DNA of 63,975 bases, the filler included. It is 9 parts of 9 records of this genome, joined end to end, with 100 filler letters (N's around TTAATTAATTAA, not from the genome) between each part and the next. Parts side by side here need not be neighbours in the genome. Positions count along the whole stretch, not along the records: positions 25,104 to 32,225 come from SRR31156797_75087; positions 32,326 to 39,280 come from SRR31156797_75197; positions 39,381 to 44,944 come from SRR31156797_75247; 6 more parts are not named here. One strand, written 5' to 3'. Both the position numbers and the translations under genes were made by a program. Each line of letters starts with the position of its first letter. Within the stretch, counting starts at the first letter, position 1. Positions 30,657 through 40,161 of this stretch are shown one piece after another. The notes under the pieces are model-generated. The model did no database searches. It saw nothing but the letters and a program-made list of their open reading frames with translations, and was not told the origin of the DNA.

Positions 30657-31163
30657 ATGAGCTCAATTCAACTTCACCGGGGCGATATTACCCGATTAAA
30701 AGTAGATGCCATAGTAAACGCAGCCAACAAAACTTTACTCGGTGGCGGAGGTGTTGATGGTGCTATTCATCGGGCTGCCGGTCCAGAACTTATAGAAGAA
30801 TGTCGCACATTAAATGGCTGCGATACAGGAAAAGTAAAAATTACAAAGGGTTACAAACTTTCTGCAAAACATGTAATCCATACCGTTGGACCAGTGTATA
30901 ATGGAGGTAAACATGGTGAATCAGAATTACTGGCTTCTTGTTACCAAAAGAGCCTTGAACTGGCCATAAAGAACAGAATAACCACCATTGCTTTCCCTAA
31001 TATCAGCACTGGGGTTTATGGTTATCCAAAGTCTGAAGCCGCGAAAATTGCAATTCAGACTGTAAAACAATTCCTATCCAAACAAACAGCAGTAAAACAG
31101 GTTATTTTTTGTGTTTTCGACGAAGAAAATTTTAATATTTACCAAAACCTGCTTGGTAAATAA
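30657..31163 (+). CDS. Macrodomain O-acetyl-ADP-ribose deacetylase (YmdB-like)
   Basis: [26 protein letters not shown] and ISTGVYGYP motifs. Confidence 0.93.
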   Translation: MSSIQLHRGDITRLKVDAIVNAANKTLLGGGGVDGAIHRAAGPELIEECRTLNGCDTGKVKITKGYKLSAKHVIHTVGPVYNGGKHGESELLASCYQKSLELAIKNRITTIAFPNISTGVYGYPKSEAAKIAIQTVKQFLSKQTAVKQVIFCVFDEENFNIYQNLLGK

Positions 31164-31190
31164 CATCATTTATCATCAAAAAACTTCATT

Positions 31191-32225
31191 TTGAAGATAC
31201 AATTAAAACGTGCAATTGGAAAGTGGGATCTTTTTTTATTAATGGTTAACAGCCTGGTTGGATCTGGCATATTTGGATTACCATCAAAAATATTTGCACA
31301 AACCGGTACGTACAGCATTGCTGTAATTATATTTTGTGCAGCCGTTATGTTGGTTTTAATTCTGAATTTTGCTGAAGTGGCCAGCCAATTTACAAAAACC
31401 GGTGGTCCATATCTTTATACGCTTACTGCTTTTGGAAAATTTCCGGCTTTTATAATGGGTTGGCTAATTTTAGTTACACGTTTAGCCACGTATGCAGCTC
31501 TATTAAATATTTTTGTAACCTACCTTGGCGTATTTCACCCGGTGCTGGAAAGCAGGTTGGCTCGTTTGCTGGTCATATTTTTAATTACTTTTCTTTTTAC
31601 CCTTATCAATCACCGGGGAGTAAAAGAATCAACTCTTTTGAATAATTATTTAACCATTGCAAAGCTGATCCCTTTGTTCCTGTTCATTCTTGTTGGTCTG
31701 TTTTTTCTTCAACCTGAGAATTTTAGTTTCTCCCACTCCTCTCCCAAACTTTTTGATTTTTCAAATTCTGTCTTTTTAATGGTTTTTGCCTTTTCAGGCT
31801 TTGAAGCAATTCTTGTTAATACCGGTGAAATCAAGTCGCCTGGAAAAAATATTCCTTTTGCACTACTAACAACAATCCTTTTTGTTACGGTGTTTTATGT
31901 TCTGTTGCAAACCGTTTGTATAGGCACATTTCCGGGACTTGCGTCTTCAGAACGTCCGATTGCCGATGCTGCAAGACTATTCGCAGGTCCGGTTGGCGCA
32001 TTTGTTATAACTGTAGGTGCACTCATTTCAATAAGTGGAACAATTAATACCGTAATGCTAATTGGTTCGCGCCTGCCCTATGCACTAAGCGCAGAAAAAC
32101 AACTCCCCCGGGTTCTTTCTTTGATTCATCCCAGGTACCAAACGCCAACCTGGTCGTTGTTGCTTTTTGCTACAGTTGCATTTCTGTTCTCATCTACTGG
32201 TACATTTGTTTATGCGGTGTCGATT
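31191..32225 (+). CDS. APC family amino acid permease, 3' truncated
   Basis: VGSGIFGLP, GGPY and FAFSGFE motifs; many transmembrane segments. Confidence 0.92.
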
Positions 32226-32325
32226 NNNNNNNNNNNNNNNNNNNNNNNNNNNNNNNNNNNNNNNNNNNNTTAATTAATTAANNNNNNNNNNNNNNNNNNN
32301 NNNNNNNNNNNNNNNNNNNNNNNNN
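32226..32325. other. Artificial contig linker
   Basis: N44-TTAATTAATTAA-N44. Confidence 0.99.
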
Positions 32326-32327
32326 AC

Positions 32328-33101
32328 GGTCTTTCCCAAAGGGGCAGTAAGGCGCTGTCTCCATTGAAAAAGATCTTCTCTCTTGGAGAGGCCGGGGGGA
32401 AAGGCGTTTCTAAGGGAGTTGAGAAGCTTGGTGGAAAAGGGCTCGGGAAGCTCGGTGGGAAGGGACTTGCCAAGTTGGGGGGCAAAGGGCTTGGGAAATC
32501 TTTGCTGAAAAAGATCCCCGGGATTGGTCTTTTGATGGGTGGAGGGTTTGCCATCAATCGCTTAATGTCTGGTGACCTTCTTGGGGCGTTGGGCGAGTTG
32601 GGCTCCGGAGCCGCCAGCATGATTCCGGGGGTGGGAACAGCCGCATCGGTTGCTATTGATGCAGCGCTCATGGCTCGTGATGCGGGAGTTCTGGGGGCCA
32701 AAAACGGCGCCTATAGTTCCGACGGAAAGATCAAACAAGCTGAGGATTTATCGTGGTTCAACGGTGGTATCGATCATATTGCTTCGGAGAAAAAAAATAT
32801 GAACTTAAAAGATCCCAACGTGGATGTTTCCCAAACTATCAATGCACCGGATAAAACCGGCATGGTGGCAGGCCGGATCGACAAGCCTGCTCCCGGGCCG
32901 ATAGTTAAACCCATTGTTAAGAAGGCCGCCCCTGTTCGGACCAGTCATAAAGAAGAACAACCGGCCAGGGAATCGGCCCAACCTGTTGTTGTAGTTAAAA
33001 AGGCGGAAGGCGTTAAAGAAAGGAAGCAAGCTTCCCAGCATAATATTCCAACTGAATTTGATGATACCGTCCTGGTGTTGATGGCGCATGATCGATTATG
33101 A
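32328..33101 (+). CDS. Tail tape-measure protein C-terminus (P1 Sit position), 5' truncated
   Basis: Frame open from the contig edge; (LGGKGLxK)x3 then KSLLKKIPGIG..GDLLGALGEL..IPGVGTA, a tape-measure-type motif; lies upstream of a pmgA-like gene. Confidence 0.72.
   Translation, partial: GLSQRGSKALSPLKKIFSLGEAGGKGVSKGVEKLGGKGLGKLGGKGLAKLGGKGLGKSLLKKIPGIGLLMGGGFAINRLMSGDLLGALGELGSGAASMIPGVGTAASVAIDAALMARDAGVLGAKNGAYSSDGKIKQAEDLSWFNGGIDHIASEKKNMNLKDPNVDVSQTINAPDKTGMVAGRIDKPAPGPIVKPIVKKAAPVRTSHKEEQPARESAQPVVVVKKAEGVKERKQASQHNIPTEFDDTVLVLMAHDRL
32427..32498 (+). repeat. Three degenerate 24-bp tandem repeats encoding LGGKGL[GA]K
   Basis: cttggtggaaaagggctcgggaag / ctcggtgggaagggacttgccaag / ttggggggcaaagggcttgggaaa. 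Confidence 0.8.
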
Positions 33102-33448
33102 GCAAGACTAAAGAATATGACTGGCTGATAAGTAGCTCTCCAAGCGAGGTGGTTAAGACCTATGATGGTGGATCTGCCATGGGGCAGCGTATTGCTGAAT
33201 GGCTTGGCACTCCCGAGGGCAGCATTGCGGATCTCCCCGGGTGGGGAAACAATCTTTTCACATTTAAGCATGACCCCGCAGGTATAAATTTACAGGTAAT
33301 GGCAGAAATGACCTTGTTTGAGAAAATTCGCATAGATATCCCGGATATTGATTTGCGTCGTATCGGCGTTGAATTCCCGGATATTGACAAGGCGTGTGTC
33401 ATTATTGAGAGCAAGTCCGAAACTTTTAAAATGACGGTGGCACTTTGA
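33098..33448 (+). CDS. Baseplate protein, P1 PmgA-like (gp25-like)
   Basis: 116 aa; VKTY..RIAEWLGTPEG..PGWGN..FKHDP resembles P1 PmgA as recalled. Confidence 0.8.
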   Translation: MSKTKEYDWLISSSPSEVVKTYDGGSAMGQRIAEWLGTPEGSIADLPGWGNNLFTFKHDPAGINLQVMAEMTLFEKIRIDIPDIDLRRIGVEFPDIDKACVIIESKSETFKMTVAL

Positions 33449-34854
33449 TCAGCAAAGAAGATGCAATTGCAAAATTTAAAGAGATTATAGGGACTAAAAG
33501 TTCTTGGGGGCAACTTGGGAAATCTCAATTCATAGAGCATCTCGCTATTTTTCAGAGTTGGGCCTTACGCCAAGCGCTTTGGATGGTGGAGCGGTCTTTC
33601 CAAGAGTTTTTTCGCTCAACGGCGGTTAACAAGTCAAGCCTTTTAGCCCATGTTGAGGATGAAAACTATATTCCCATTAAAGCCGTCCCTTCTTCCGGGT
33701 ATTGCAATATTACGAACAATGGGGCGGCTGCGGTATTCCTGGATATTAATCAGGAATTCATGTCTTCAACGCAAAAATATTATATCATAAATTCCTCAGT
33801 TTCTATTGCCTCTGGCTCCAATGCACAAGTCGAATTCAAGCAACTCAAAAAAGAAACTCTTGAATTCACGGTGGAAGAGGAAAAAGCCTTTTATGAGATT
33901 CTTTTTGATTCCGAGCAATCAAGGAAAATTAATAGCATTACCGTTTATGTTGATACTGGCCGCGGTCCTGAGAAATGGAAGTTGAATGCCAAATTCCAGA
34001 ATGCCTACAGCAGTTCCAAAATTTATGACGAATTCTATGCACATACCGATCAATTGGGCATCCGGTTTGGGAATGGTATTTTTGGTGCAATACCGTCCCT
34101 TGGCAGCACTGTCACTGTTGAATTGTGGATTACCGATGGTGATACCTACTTGGCTGAGAATCAGGCCTTGAGCGTTATTGGAGAAATTCTGGATTTGGCC
34201 GGGGATTCCGTCGACCTCACCGTCAAGACCGTTGGAGCGATTGCTGGTGGGAAGGCTATGGAGAGCAGTGAATCCATTAGGCGAAATCTGCAGTATTGGC
34301 CGGTATATAATGACCAATTGGTATGGGATGAAGATTACATTTATTTCATTAGACGCCGGTTCCAGGAAGTTGTGTGGATCAACGTTTGGGGCGAAAAAGA
34401 GGCCGAAGCGCAAGCCGGCGCCGCAAGCTTTGATTTTGTTAATACCATTTTCGTATCAGCCTATGCCTCCGGTGGTGCAGATATTTCCGTTGATGTAATC
34501 GCTGCCTTGGATGATGCTGCGAAAAAGCTTAATCGGCGGTTTCAGTGGGTGGATCCCAAACCGGTTCAGTTCACATTGGCCGTTACCGGTAAGGTGGCTA
34601 AAAGGCGTAATTTGATCGAGGTCGAGACAGCGATTCGTAATCTTCTGGAGGCCAACTACGGTGCGGATTCTGTCGACCGCAAAGATACGGTGTTGTTGAA
34701 GGAAATATATACCTCTATCGATAGTATCGGATGTTTTGATGGCATTGGCGAGTATTTTGAAGTCACTTCTACCGGTCAAGTTACGGCGGATCTGTTGGAA
34801 GAAATGCTTCAGATCGATTTGGAAAATTCCACAATTACGGTGAAATACCTGTGA
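33445..34854 (+). CDS. Baseplate wedge protein, P1 BplA-like
   Basis: 469 aa; SQFIEHL, FRSTA..SSLLA, QLGIRFGNGIFG, YNDQLVW..DY.YF and VWGE motifs. Confidence 0.88.
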   Translation: MISKEDAIAKFKEIIGTKSSWGQLGKSQFIEHLAIFQSWALRQALWMVERSFQEFFRSTAVNKSSLLAHVEDENYIPIKAVPSSGYCNITNNGAAAVFLDINQEFMSSTQKYYIINSSVSIASGSNAQVEFKQLKKETLEFTVEEEKAFYEILFDSEQSRKINSITVYVDTGRGPEKWKLNAKFQNAYSSSKIYDEFYAHTDQLGIRFGNGIFGAIPSLGSTVTVELWITDGDTYLAENQALSVIGEILDLAGDSVDLTVKTVGAIAGGKAMESSESIRRNLQYWPVYNDQLVWDEDYIYFIRRRFQEVVWINVWGEKEAEAQAGAASFDFVNTIFVSAYASGGADISVDVIAALDDAAKKLNRRFQWVDPKPVQFTLAVTGKVAKRRNLIEVETAIRNLLEANYGADSVDRKDTVLLKEIYTSIDSIGCFDGIGEYFEVTSTGQVTADLLEEMLQIDLENSTITVKYL

Positions 34855-35588
34855 TTGATTGGTTAAAAAAACGGCTTACCCCAGCCAAACAGTCCGTGGA
34901 CCGGTGGACCGAATTAGCTGAAGCCGACCAAACGTTTTGGGAAACTGAATTTGTTCCCGAATCCCAGAGGATACTTAATCTGCGATCAGTATTTACGGCA
35001 GCAGCAGATGATATTGTAACCATCATGGACGAGTTGGGGGATTGTTTCCGGTCGGATATCGGTACCGAAGAAGATAGACCGATTCAAGTCCTTTGGCGTC
35101 GACTGGAACTTCAGGGTAAAGAGAGTGCATCTTTAATCCATATGGCCTTAAAACGTAAATTCATGGGGATGGATGCCGAGTGGACCCCTGTTTACCATTT
35201 GAAGGGTCAGGATTATGGCACGTCCTATGAAGATTTGGATGCAATCGAGCGGGGCCCCAATGACCTGTCCGATTATTTTCTTACTTCAAAGGGAAAATTA
35301 ACAATTTCAGCAGACAGCTTATCGGGTTTTCCGTTGTCTCTTGGGGAAATCTACAGCGCCGTTGACGAGGAGATGGAACGGCTCCTGCCAACCCATATCA
35401 CGTTTATGGGGACCAAGCTGGTCTCTGAAAGTGGTGTTGATTTAAAGACAGCAATCGTGGCGAGTATCAGAACTCATGTAACTGTTGAGCCTTATATCCC
35501 GCAATCCACGATTGAAGATACAGATATTTATCATTCGCGTGTACATGTGGTTGCATTGCGGCTCCAGGTATTGGCAGCGGATATATAA
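34851..35588 (+). CDS. Baseplate/tail protein, P1 gp16-like
   Basis: WLKKRLTPAKQ start, ELG..F, FLTSKG and LLPTHITF motifs; 4-nt overlap with the bplA-like gene. Confidence 0.8.
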   Translation: MIDWLKKRLTPAKQSVDRWTELAEADQTFWETEFVPESQRILNLRSVFTAAADDIVTIMDELGDCFRSDIGTEEDRPIQVLWRRLELQGKESASLIHMALKRKFMGMDAEWTPVYHLKGQDYGTSYEDLDAIERGPNDLSDYFLTSKGKLTISADSLSGFPLSLGEIYSAVDEEMERLLPTHITFMGTKLVSESGVDLKTAIVASIRTHVTVEPYIPQSTIEDTDIYHSRVHVVALRLQVLAADI

Positions 35589-35603
35589 TGAGGATTACAA
35601 AGA

Positions 35604-36788
35604 ATGCCTAGTTTCCCAGGATTTTTTTTAACAAAAGATGGTCTTGATCTACAGAGCAAATGCTATGGGGCCGGAGCGAAGTTGACGTTTACAGCCGTAA
35701 AAATTGGCTCTGGCCGGCTGCCGCCTGACGGGGTTGCCTTCGGTACCACGCATGATGGTTCCGTGGTGACGATTTTTAATCAAGAAGTCGGTGTTTGTAC
35801 CGGTGCTGTGGATGTGGATACCGGGTTCTCTATCTCCACCAATACACAGGGGACGGCTGACAGGGCGGAGGTATCTCAGATTACTTGCCTCGCCGCGTCG
35901 AATCTGTCGGGCGGGGAGTACCTCAAGCTGTATTCTCCAACCCTTGACTATCATGTCTTTTTTACCGTAGATGGCGTTGGTGCCGACCCCTTCCCGGTAT
36001 CGTCAATTCCCATTATGGTGAGCGTCGGGGCTTTAGATTCAGCCGTGCAAGTGGCTGAAAAAATGGCAGAGGCGATTGATTCCTTCCGGGTTGAGGCAGC
36101 GACCATGAAGCGTATGGCCGTACACCAGATGGACGCGGCTATATCATCCGTAGAGGTGATCGGCGACGGGACGTCGAAACTCCCTGTGCAATTTGATAAC
36201 TCGGCGCTGGATGTCGGCTTTGAGTGGCGCGAAATAGGAGTGTTCGCCACTGATCCAGATCTTGGAGAAATTTTGTACTCGTACACCAATAGCGGTGATT
36301 CCGCTGACCCGGTGCCGGCTACAGGGGGTACTACTGTGGCGGAGTACGCACTCGATGTGTATACCAAAATTGGCAGTATCACTGACGTGTCTGCCGTTGT
36401 GGTTCCCAGCGGTACTTACGCCACTTTGGCCAATTTAAAGGCCTATGCTACCCTGGCCAATTTGAAGAGCCATATGGAGGATAAAACGGCGCATAATAAC
36501 AGCTGGACATTGATATCGGCAGATCATACTGCCGTGAACGGTCAAAAGCTGTTTGTCGACACTTCCAGCGGCGTAGTCATTGTCACGGTGCCGGAGCATC
36601 CTGATATCAACGACAGGGTCGATTTTGCAGATTATGCCAAGACATGGGATCAAAACAAATTGATAGTGAAACGGGCCACATCCGGCGAGAAAATCCAGGG
36701 CCGGGAGGAGGATATGGATGTTGATATGAAGGGGCTGGCCTTTGGTTTGGTTTATGCCGGTGATGCAAAAGGATGGGTGATTGTATGA
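35604..36788 (+). CDS. Proximal tail fibre / tail-collar protein (DUF3751-like N-terminus with an insertion; gp9/10-like C-terminus)
   Basis: LTKDG..LTFTAVKIGSG and REIGVFATDPDLGEILYSY; C-terminal FVDTSSG..VTVP..GLVY..GW. Confidence 0.82.
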   Translation: MPSFPGFFLTKDGLDLQSKCYGAGAKLTFTAVKIGSGRLPPDGVAFGTTHDGSVVTIFNQEVGVCTGAVDVDTGFSISTNTQGTADRAEVSQITCLAASNLSGGEYLKLYSPTLDYHVFFTVDGVGADPFPVSSIPIMVSVGALDSAVQVAEKMAEAIDSFRVEAATMKRMAVHQMDAAISSVEVIGDGTSKLPVQFDNSALDVGFEWREIGVFATDPDLGEILYSYTNSGDSADPVPATGGTTVAEYALDVYTKIGSITDVSAVVVPSGTYATLANLKAYATLANLKSHMEDKTAHNNSWTLISADHTAVNGQKLFVDTSSGVVIVTVPEHPDINDRVDFADYAKTWDQNKLIVKRATSGEKIQGREEDMDVDMKGLAFGLVYAGDAKGWVIV

Positions 36789-37948
36789 GCAACATTAAAG
36801 ATTTTCTTGGAGGTTCAGGCGGGTTCCCGACAGGTTGTGTCATTGATTATGAAGGGATTACGGCTCCGGACGGCTGGTTGATGTGTGATGGCTCCATCGG
36901 GGACAAAGCGGTCTATCCGGAACTTGCGGCCATTTTGCCTTCAAATACCGGGATCGATGCCTGGACAGTGCGTTCTCTCCCTACGGAATACCATGGTTCC
37001 GTTTATGATCTATGTTTTGGCAACGGGTTATGGGTGATTGTCGGGTCCGATAAGGCGGGGGCCGGAGAAATCATGACCTCCCCGGATGGGATCACCTGGA
37101 CACGGCGTGGGCCTTCTGATGGACCTGTATTGCGGAGTGTGCTTTATGCCAACGGATTGTGGGTGGTGGTTGGTAATACCGGAACTCTCCTGACCTCTCT
37201 AGATGGGATCACTTGGACCGAACGGGAGTCCGGAACAACGACATCAATGTCCATTCTGCATTATGCTGATGGGTTATGGTTTGCAGGATATGGCAATGGT
37301 TGCATCACCTCCACAGACGGGATCACCTGGGAAGGACATAATGTCGTCATAAGCGCCTTTGCGGTCAATCACGCTGACGGGTTATGGGTGGCGGTGGGTT
37401 ATGGGGGAAGGATTTCCTCCTCACCAGATGGAAAGAACTGGACAGAACGGACCTCAAACGTGACGGATGGACTCTATGCTGTGCAATATGGCAATGGGTT
37501 GTGGGTGGCCAAAGGGCATGACATTGTGTCTTCTCCGGATGGAATCAACTGGACGAAACGCATGTCTTTTGACATTGGCGGTAATCCCCAATGTTTGCAA
37601 TATGGTAATGGGCTGTGGGTGGCCGTAGATACCGGCATTGCCACTTCCCCGGATGGTATCAACTGGACAATTGTGAAAGAGTTCAATCAAAGTGCTACCG
37701 CGACGGCTGTCTTATTTGCGGACGGATTATGGGTTGTGGGTGGAGCTAACAGCGGAATACACACATCCGATGATGGGGTGGCGTGGAAATTCAAAGATTA
37801 TCCCACCGGTCATATTAGCAGGATCCACCAAGCCGAAAACCAGTGGTTGGCCGTTGCAGGATCTTCTCTTCTGGGAACCTTTATCATCGCGGACAATACC
37901 TCTGAATTTGTTCTCCCCCATATCGAAAAGAAAATAATTAAAGCTTAA
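36785..37948 (+). CDS. Distal tail fibre / receptor-binding protein: tail-collar domain plus about 7 Asp-box propeller repeats
   Basis: PTGCVIDYEG..PDGWLMCDG collar motif; repeated [YF][GA][ND]GLWVxVG...[TS]SPDGI[TN]WT. Confidence 0.85.
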   Translation: MSNIKDFLGGSGGFPTGCVIDYEGITAPDGWLMCDGSIGDKAVYPELAAILPSNTGIDAWTVRSLPTEYHGSVYDLCFGNGLWVIVGSDKAGAGEIMTSPDGITWTRRGPSDGPVLRSVLYANGLWVVVGNTGTLLTSLDGITWTERESGTTTSMSILHYADGLWFAGYGNGCITSTDGITWEGHNVVISAFAVNHADGLWVAVGYGGRISSSPDGKNWTERTSNVTDGLYAVQYGNGLWVAKGHDIVSSPDGINWTKRMSFDIGGNPQCLQYGNGLWVAVDTGIATSPDGINWTIVKEFNQSATATAVLFADGLWVVGGANSGIHTSDDGVAWKFKDYPTGHISRIHQAENQWLAVAGSSLLGTFIIADNTSEFVLPHIEKKIIKA

Positions 37949-37958
37949 GGAGGCAGCA

Positions 37959-38513
37959 ATGAAACATTTTATATATGAACCCTTTACCGGGCAGTATCTC
38001 GGTGCAGCTGAAACGGAGAATGGTATCCGTCCTAAAAATTCGACCCTGGTGCCCCCGCCTGAAAATGTGGTGGGGAAATACAGGTGCTTTTACGGTAACA
38101 AGTGGGCTGTTGTAGATGATTTGCCGATATTCCCCAAATCTGAAAAACTTTTTCTTAACATTGCCATGGCAGGCGGAGATGGCATGATCCCTGTCGGTAT
38201 CGTCAATAACGGCGAGGATGCGATACAGTTTACCGCAACGTTGAGGATATCGAAAGATCCAGGTTCGGACGTGGTTCCGTATTCCAAGGAGTGGCGAATT
38301 GTAGTCCGTGACACCGAAGACAAGGTTTATGATGTGCTGAAAGTGGCCATGGTGGACGGAGTAATAACGCTCGCATATAACACCGTGAATCCCCCGGCCG
38401 TATGTCATATCGATCCATCGGACATGACGGATCTTGTTGAACTTGAGGGAGTTCAGTACGCTCTCGATATCCTTGGTGATGTTGAATTCAAAGTTTATAG
38501 GGATTTTACATAA
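37959..38513 (+). CDS. Tail fibre assembly/associated protein (P1 gpU position)
   Basis: YEPFTGQYLG..P.NSTLVPPP..CFYGNKW, a Tfa-like N-terminus; GGAGG RBS. Confidence 0.65.
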   Translation: MKHFIYEPFTGQYLGAAETENGIRPKNSTLVPPPENVVGKYRCFYGNKWAVVDDLPIFPKSEKLFLNIAMAGGDGMIPVGIVNNGEDAIQFTATLRISKDPGSDVVPYSKEWRIVVRDTEDKVYDVLKVAMVDGVITLAYNTVNPPAVCHIDPSDMTDLVELEGVQYALDILGDVEFKVYRDFT

Positions 38514-38540
38514 ATCCCTGGGAAAAAGGAGTTTTATCCC

Positions 38541-39152
38541 GTGAATAAAGTCAGTTTTGTGAATTTTAATCCCAAGGGTTTAAAGCCTTTGATGGATGAG
38601 TTCAAGAAAAAACATGCGCTCCCGGTGGTCGATGTGAAAGCTTCTAACATGCCAAAGCGGGAGGATGGTTTTCAGATTAAAGCAGCAACATTCACTTTTG
38701 AGAGTGGCCAAAAGCTTGCGATCAAGATTAAGGCAAACGGATCCATCTTTCAGGTGAGACTTAATGGGAAGGTTGTTCCGGTCAAGAACTCTGAGGATCT
38801 GCATGTTTCAAAGAATTTGAAAGCGGCCGTAAAAGAAATGGCCGATTTCATCAAAAAGAATGAGGCCGGATATCTCAAGCAAAAACAAAAACGCCAGGGG
38901 AAAGCCACTGGTTCTGGGAAAAAGCAGAAGAGCGTGAGCGTTAGTGTCTCTAAGCAACTTTATTTAAAGAAAACTTTATTGGAAGAGTTGAAGGGAGAGA
39001 CCCAGGAGCTTGAGGATGATCTGGAAAAAGGACGGCACGGCATTGACCATGGGCAAACGGTACAGTCCCGCTTGAAAGGAGAGCTTGAGGTAGAGCAGCG
39101 TCGAAACGAGTCCCTTAGAGCTGAGATCAATGAACTTTTGGAGGTCGCATAG
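38541..39152 (+). CDS. hdf: Hdf-like anti-restriction system protein (DarA N-terminal-like domain plus coiled coil)
   Basis: 203 aa; NFNPKGLKPL..SNMPKREDG..K.A..F.SGQKL.I....G.I.QV.LNGK.VP resembles P1 Hdf as recalled; C-terminal coiled coil. Confidence 0.78.
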   Translation: MNKVSFVNFNPKGLKPLMDEFKKKHALPVVDVKASNMPKREDGFQIKAATFTFESGQKLAIKIKANGSIFQVRLNGKVVPVKNSEDLHVSKNLKAAVKEMADFIKKNEAGYLKQKQKRQGKATGSGKKQKSVSVSVSKQLYLKKTLLEELKGETQELEDDLEKGRHGIDHGQTVQSRLKGELEVEQRRNESLRAEINELLEVA

Positions 39153-39153
39153 A

Positions 39154-39280
39154 ATGTATAACCCATATGCCGAAGGAGCACGGATAACCCTGGGCCTGGA
39201 TTTGTTTGCAACCGGCTTTTCTGAAAAGGAGTTGAGCTCCGCTTATTATGAAAGGGTGTTGAAAACGACAGCTTTTTTTC
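39154..39280 (+). CDS. darA: DarA-like protein, N-terminal fragment (truncated)
   Basis: GGAGG RBS, ATG 1 nt after the hdf stop; GARITLGLDL resembles the P1 DarA start; same position as in P1. Confidence 0.55.
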
Positions 39281-39380
39281 NNNNNNNNNNNNNNNNNNNN
39301 NNNNNNNNNNNNNNNNNNNNNNNNTTAATTAATTAANNNNNNNNNNNNNNNNNNNNNNNNNNNNNNNNNNNNNNNNNNNN
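39281..39380. other. Artificial contig linker
   Basis: N44-TTAATTAATTAA-N44. Confidence 0.99.
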
Positions 39381-39475
39381 CTTAAGCAGGGTTTGGGACA
39401 GAGTCCCATATAATAACAATAAAGCACTACCCAAAAGCAGTGCTCAAAATCCATTAATCAATTAAATTACATCAA

Positions 39476-40147
39476 TCACAGCTTATCAATATCAAAAAGC
39501 TCTACCCTCTCCTCTGAGGGTATGTCCTCTATTGGAGTATCATTTTCCACAGAATCAGCCGCTTCACTATCTGCACTCTCCTCATCTGGAGCAATATCTA
39601 CCTTAGTCAGCTCCATAATGTCAATCTCTTCTTCCACATTATCCAGCTGTGGTAGTTGATCAATGCTCTCCAGATTAAAATCACGTAGAAATAATTCGGT
39701 GGTGTAGAATGTAGATGGCTTGCCAAGGGTATCCTTGAATCCTCTTTTCTCAATAAAACCTTTTTTAATTAGGGTCTGCATCAGATAGTCAGAGCGTACG
39801 CCACGGATTTCTGCCACTTCGGTTCTGGTAATAGGCTGACGGTATGCGATAATGGACAAAACCTCTATAGCAGATTTAGTCAGCTTCTCGCATCTGATAG
39901 GAGATAAAGTATCCTCCACTATCTGCGAATAGTCCTCGCTGGTTGCCATCTGTACCATACTATCCATAATAAGTATAGTCAGACCTCTGCCCTCTCTGGC
40001 ATAGTCTTCCTTAAGCTCGGAAGCCGCAGCCATCAGTTCCTTTTTCTTAACCTCTAAACTGGTGCAAATTACATTTATATCTACAGCCTCGCCTGATGCG
40101 AATAATACCGCCTCAAGTGTACTCTTCAGATTTCTACTCTCTTGCAT
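39476..40147 (-). CDS. scpB: SMC-Scp complex subunit ScpB
   Basis: LEAVLFASGE, EVLSIIAYRQPITRTE..IRGV and TTELFL motifs. Confidence 0.95.
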   Translation of the reverse strand: MQESRNLKSTLEAVLFASGEAVDINVICTSLEVKKKELMAAASELKEDYAREGRGLTILIMDSMVQMATSEDYSQIVEDTLSPIRCEKLTKSAIEVLSIIAYRQPITRTEVAEIRGVRSDYLMQTLIKKGFIEKRGFKDTLGKPSTFYTTELFLRDFNLESIDQLPQLDNVEEEIDIMELTKVDIAPDEESADSEAADSVENDTPIEDIPSEERVELFDIDKL

Positions 40148-40161
40148 ATATCTCCTCTATA

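Larger units (their letters stand above)
32326..39280 (+). mobile_element. P1-like myophage (possibly phage-plasmid) tail and anti-restriction region
   Basis: Gene order and sequence resemble P1 sit-pmgA-bplA-16-(fibres)-hdf-darA. Confidence 0.85.

Noticed and set aside
30657-31163. Macrodomain gene as a DarG-like antitoxin or part of the TIGR02594 cassette
   Set aside because: It looks like an ordinary stand-alone YmdB-type protein, is preceded by its own Bacteroidota -7-like motif (TATCTTCG, 30635-30642), and no DarT toxin is present.
36417-36470. Duplicated YATLANLK peptide in the tail fibre
   Set aside because: A short local duplication in a fibre linker; common and not informative.
37000-37800. 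Regularly spaced DNA repeats that might suggest a CRISPR array or DGR
   Set aside because: They are degenerate in-frame protein repeats of the tail-fibre propeller; there are no identical repeats with spacers, no cas genes and no RT.
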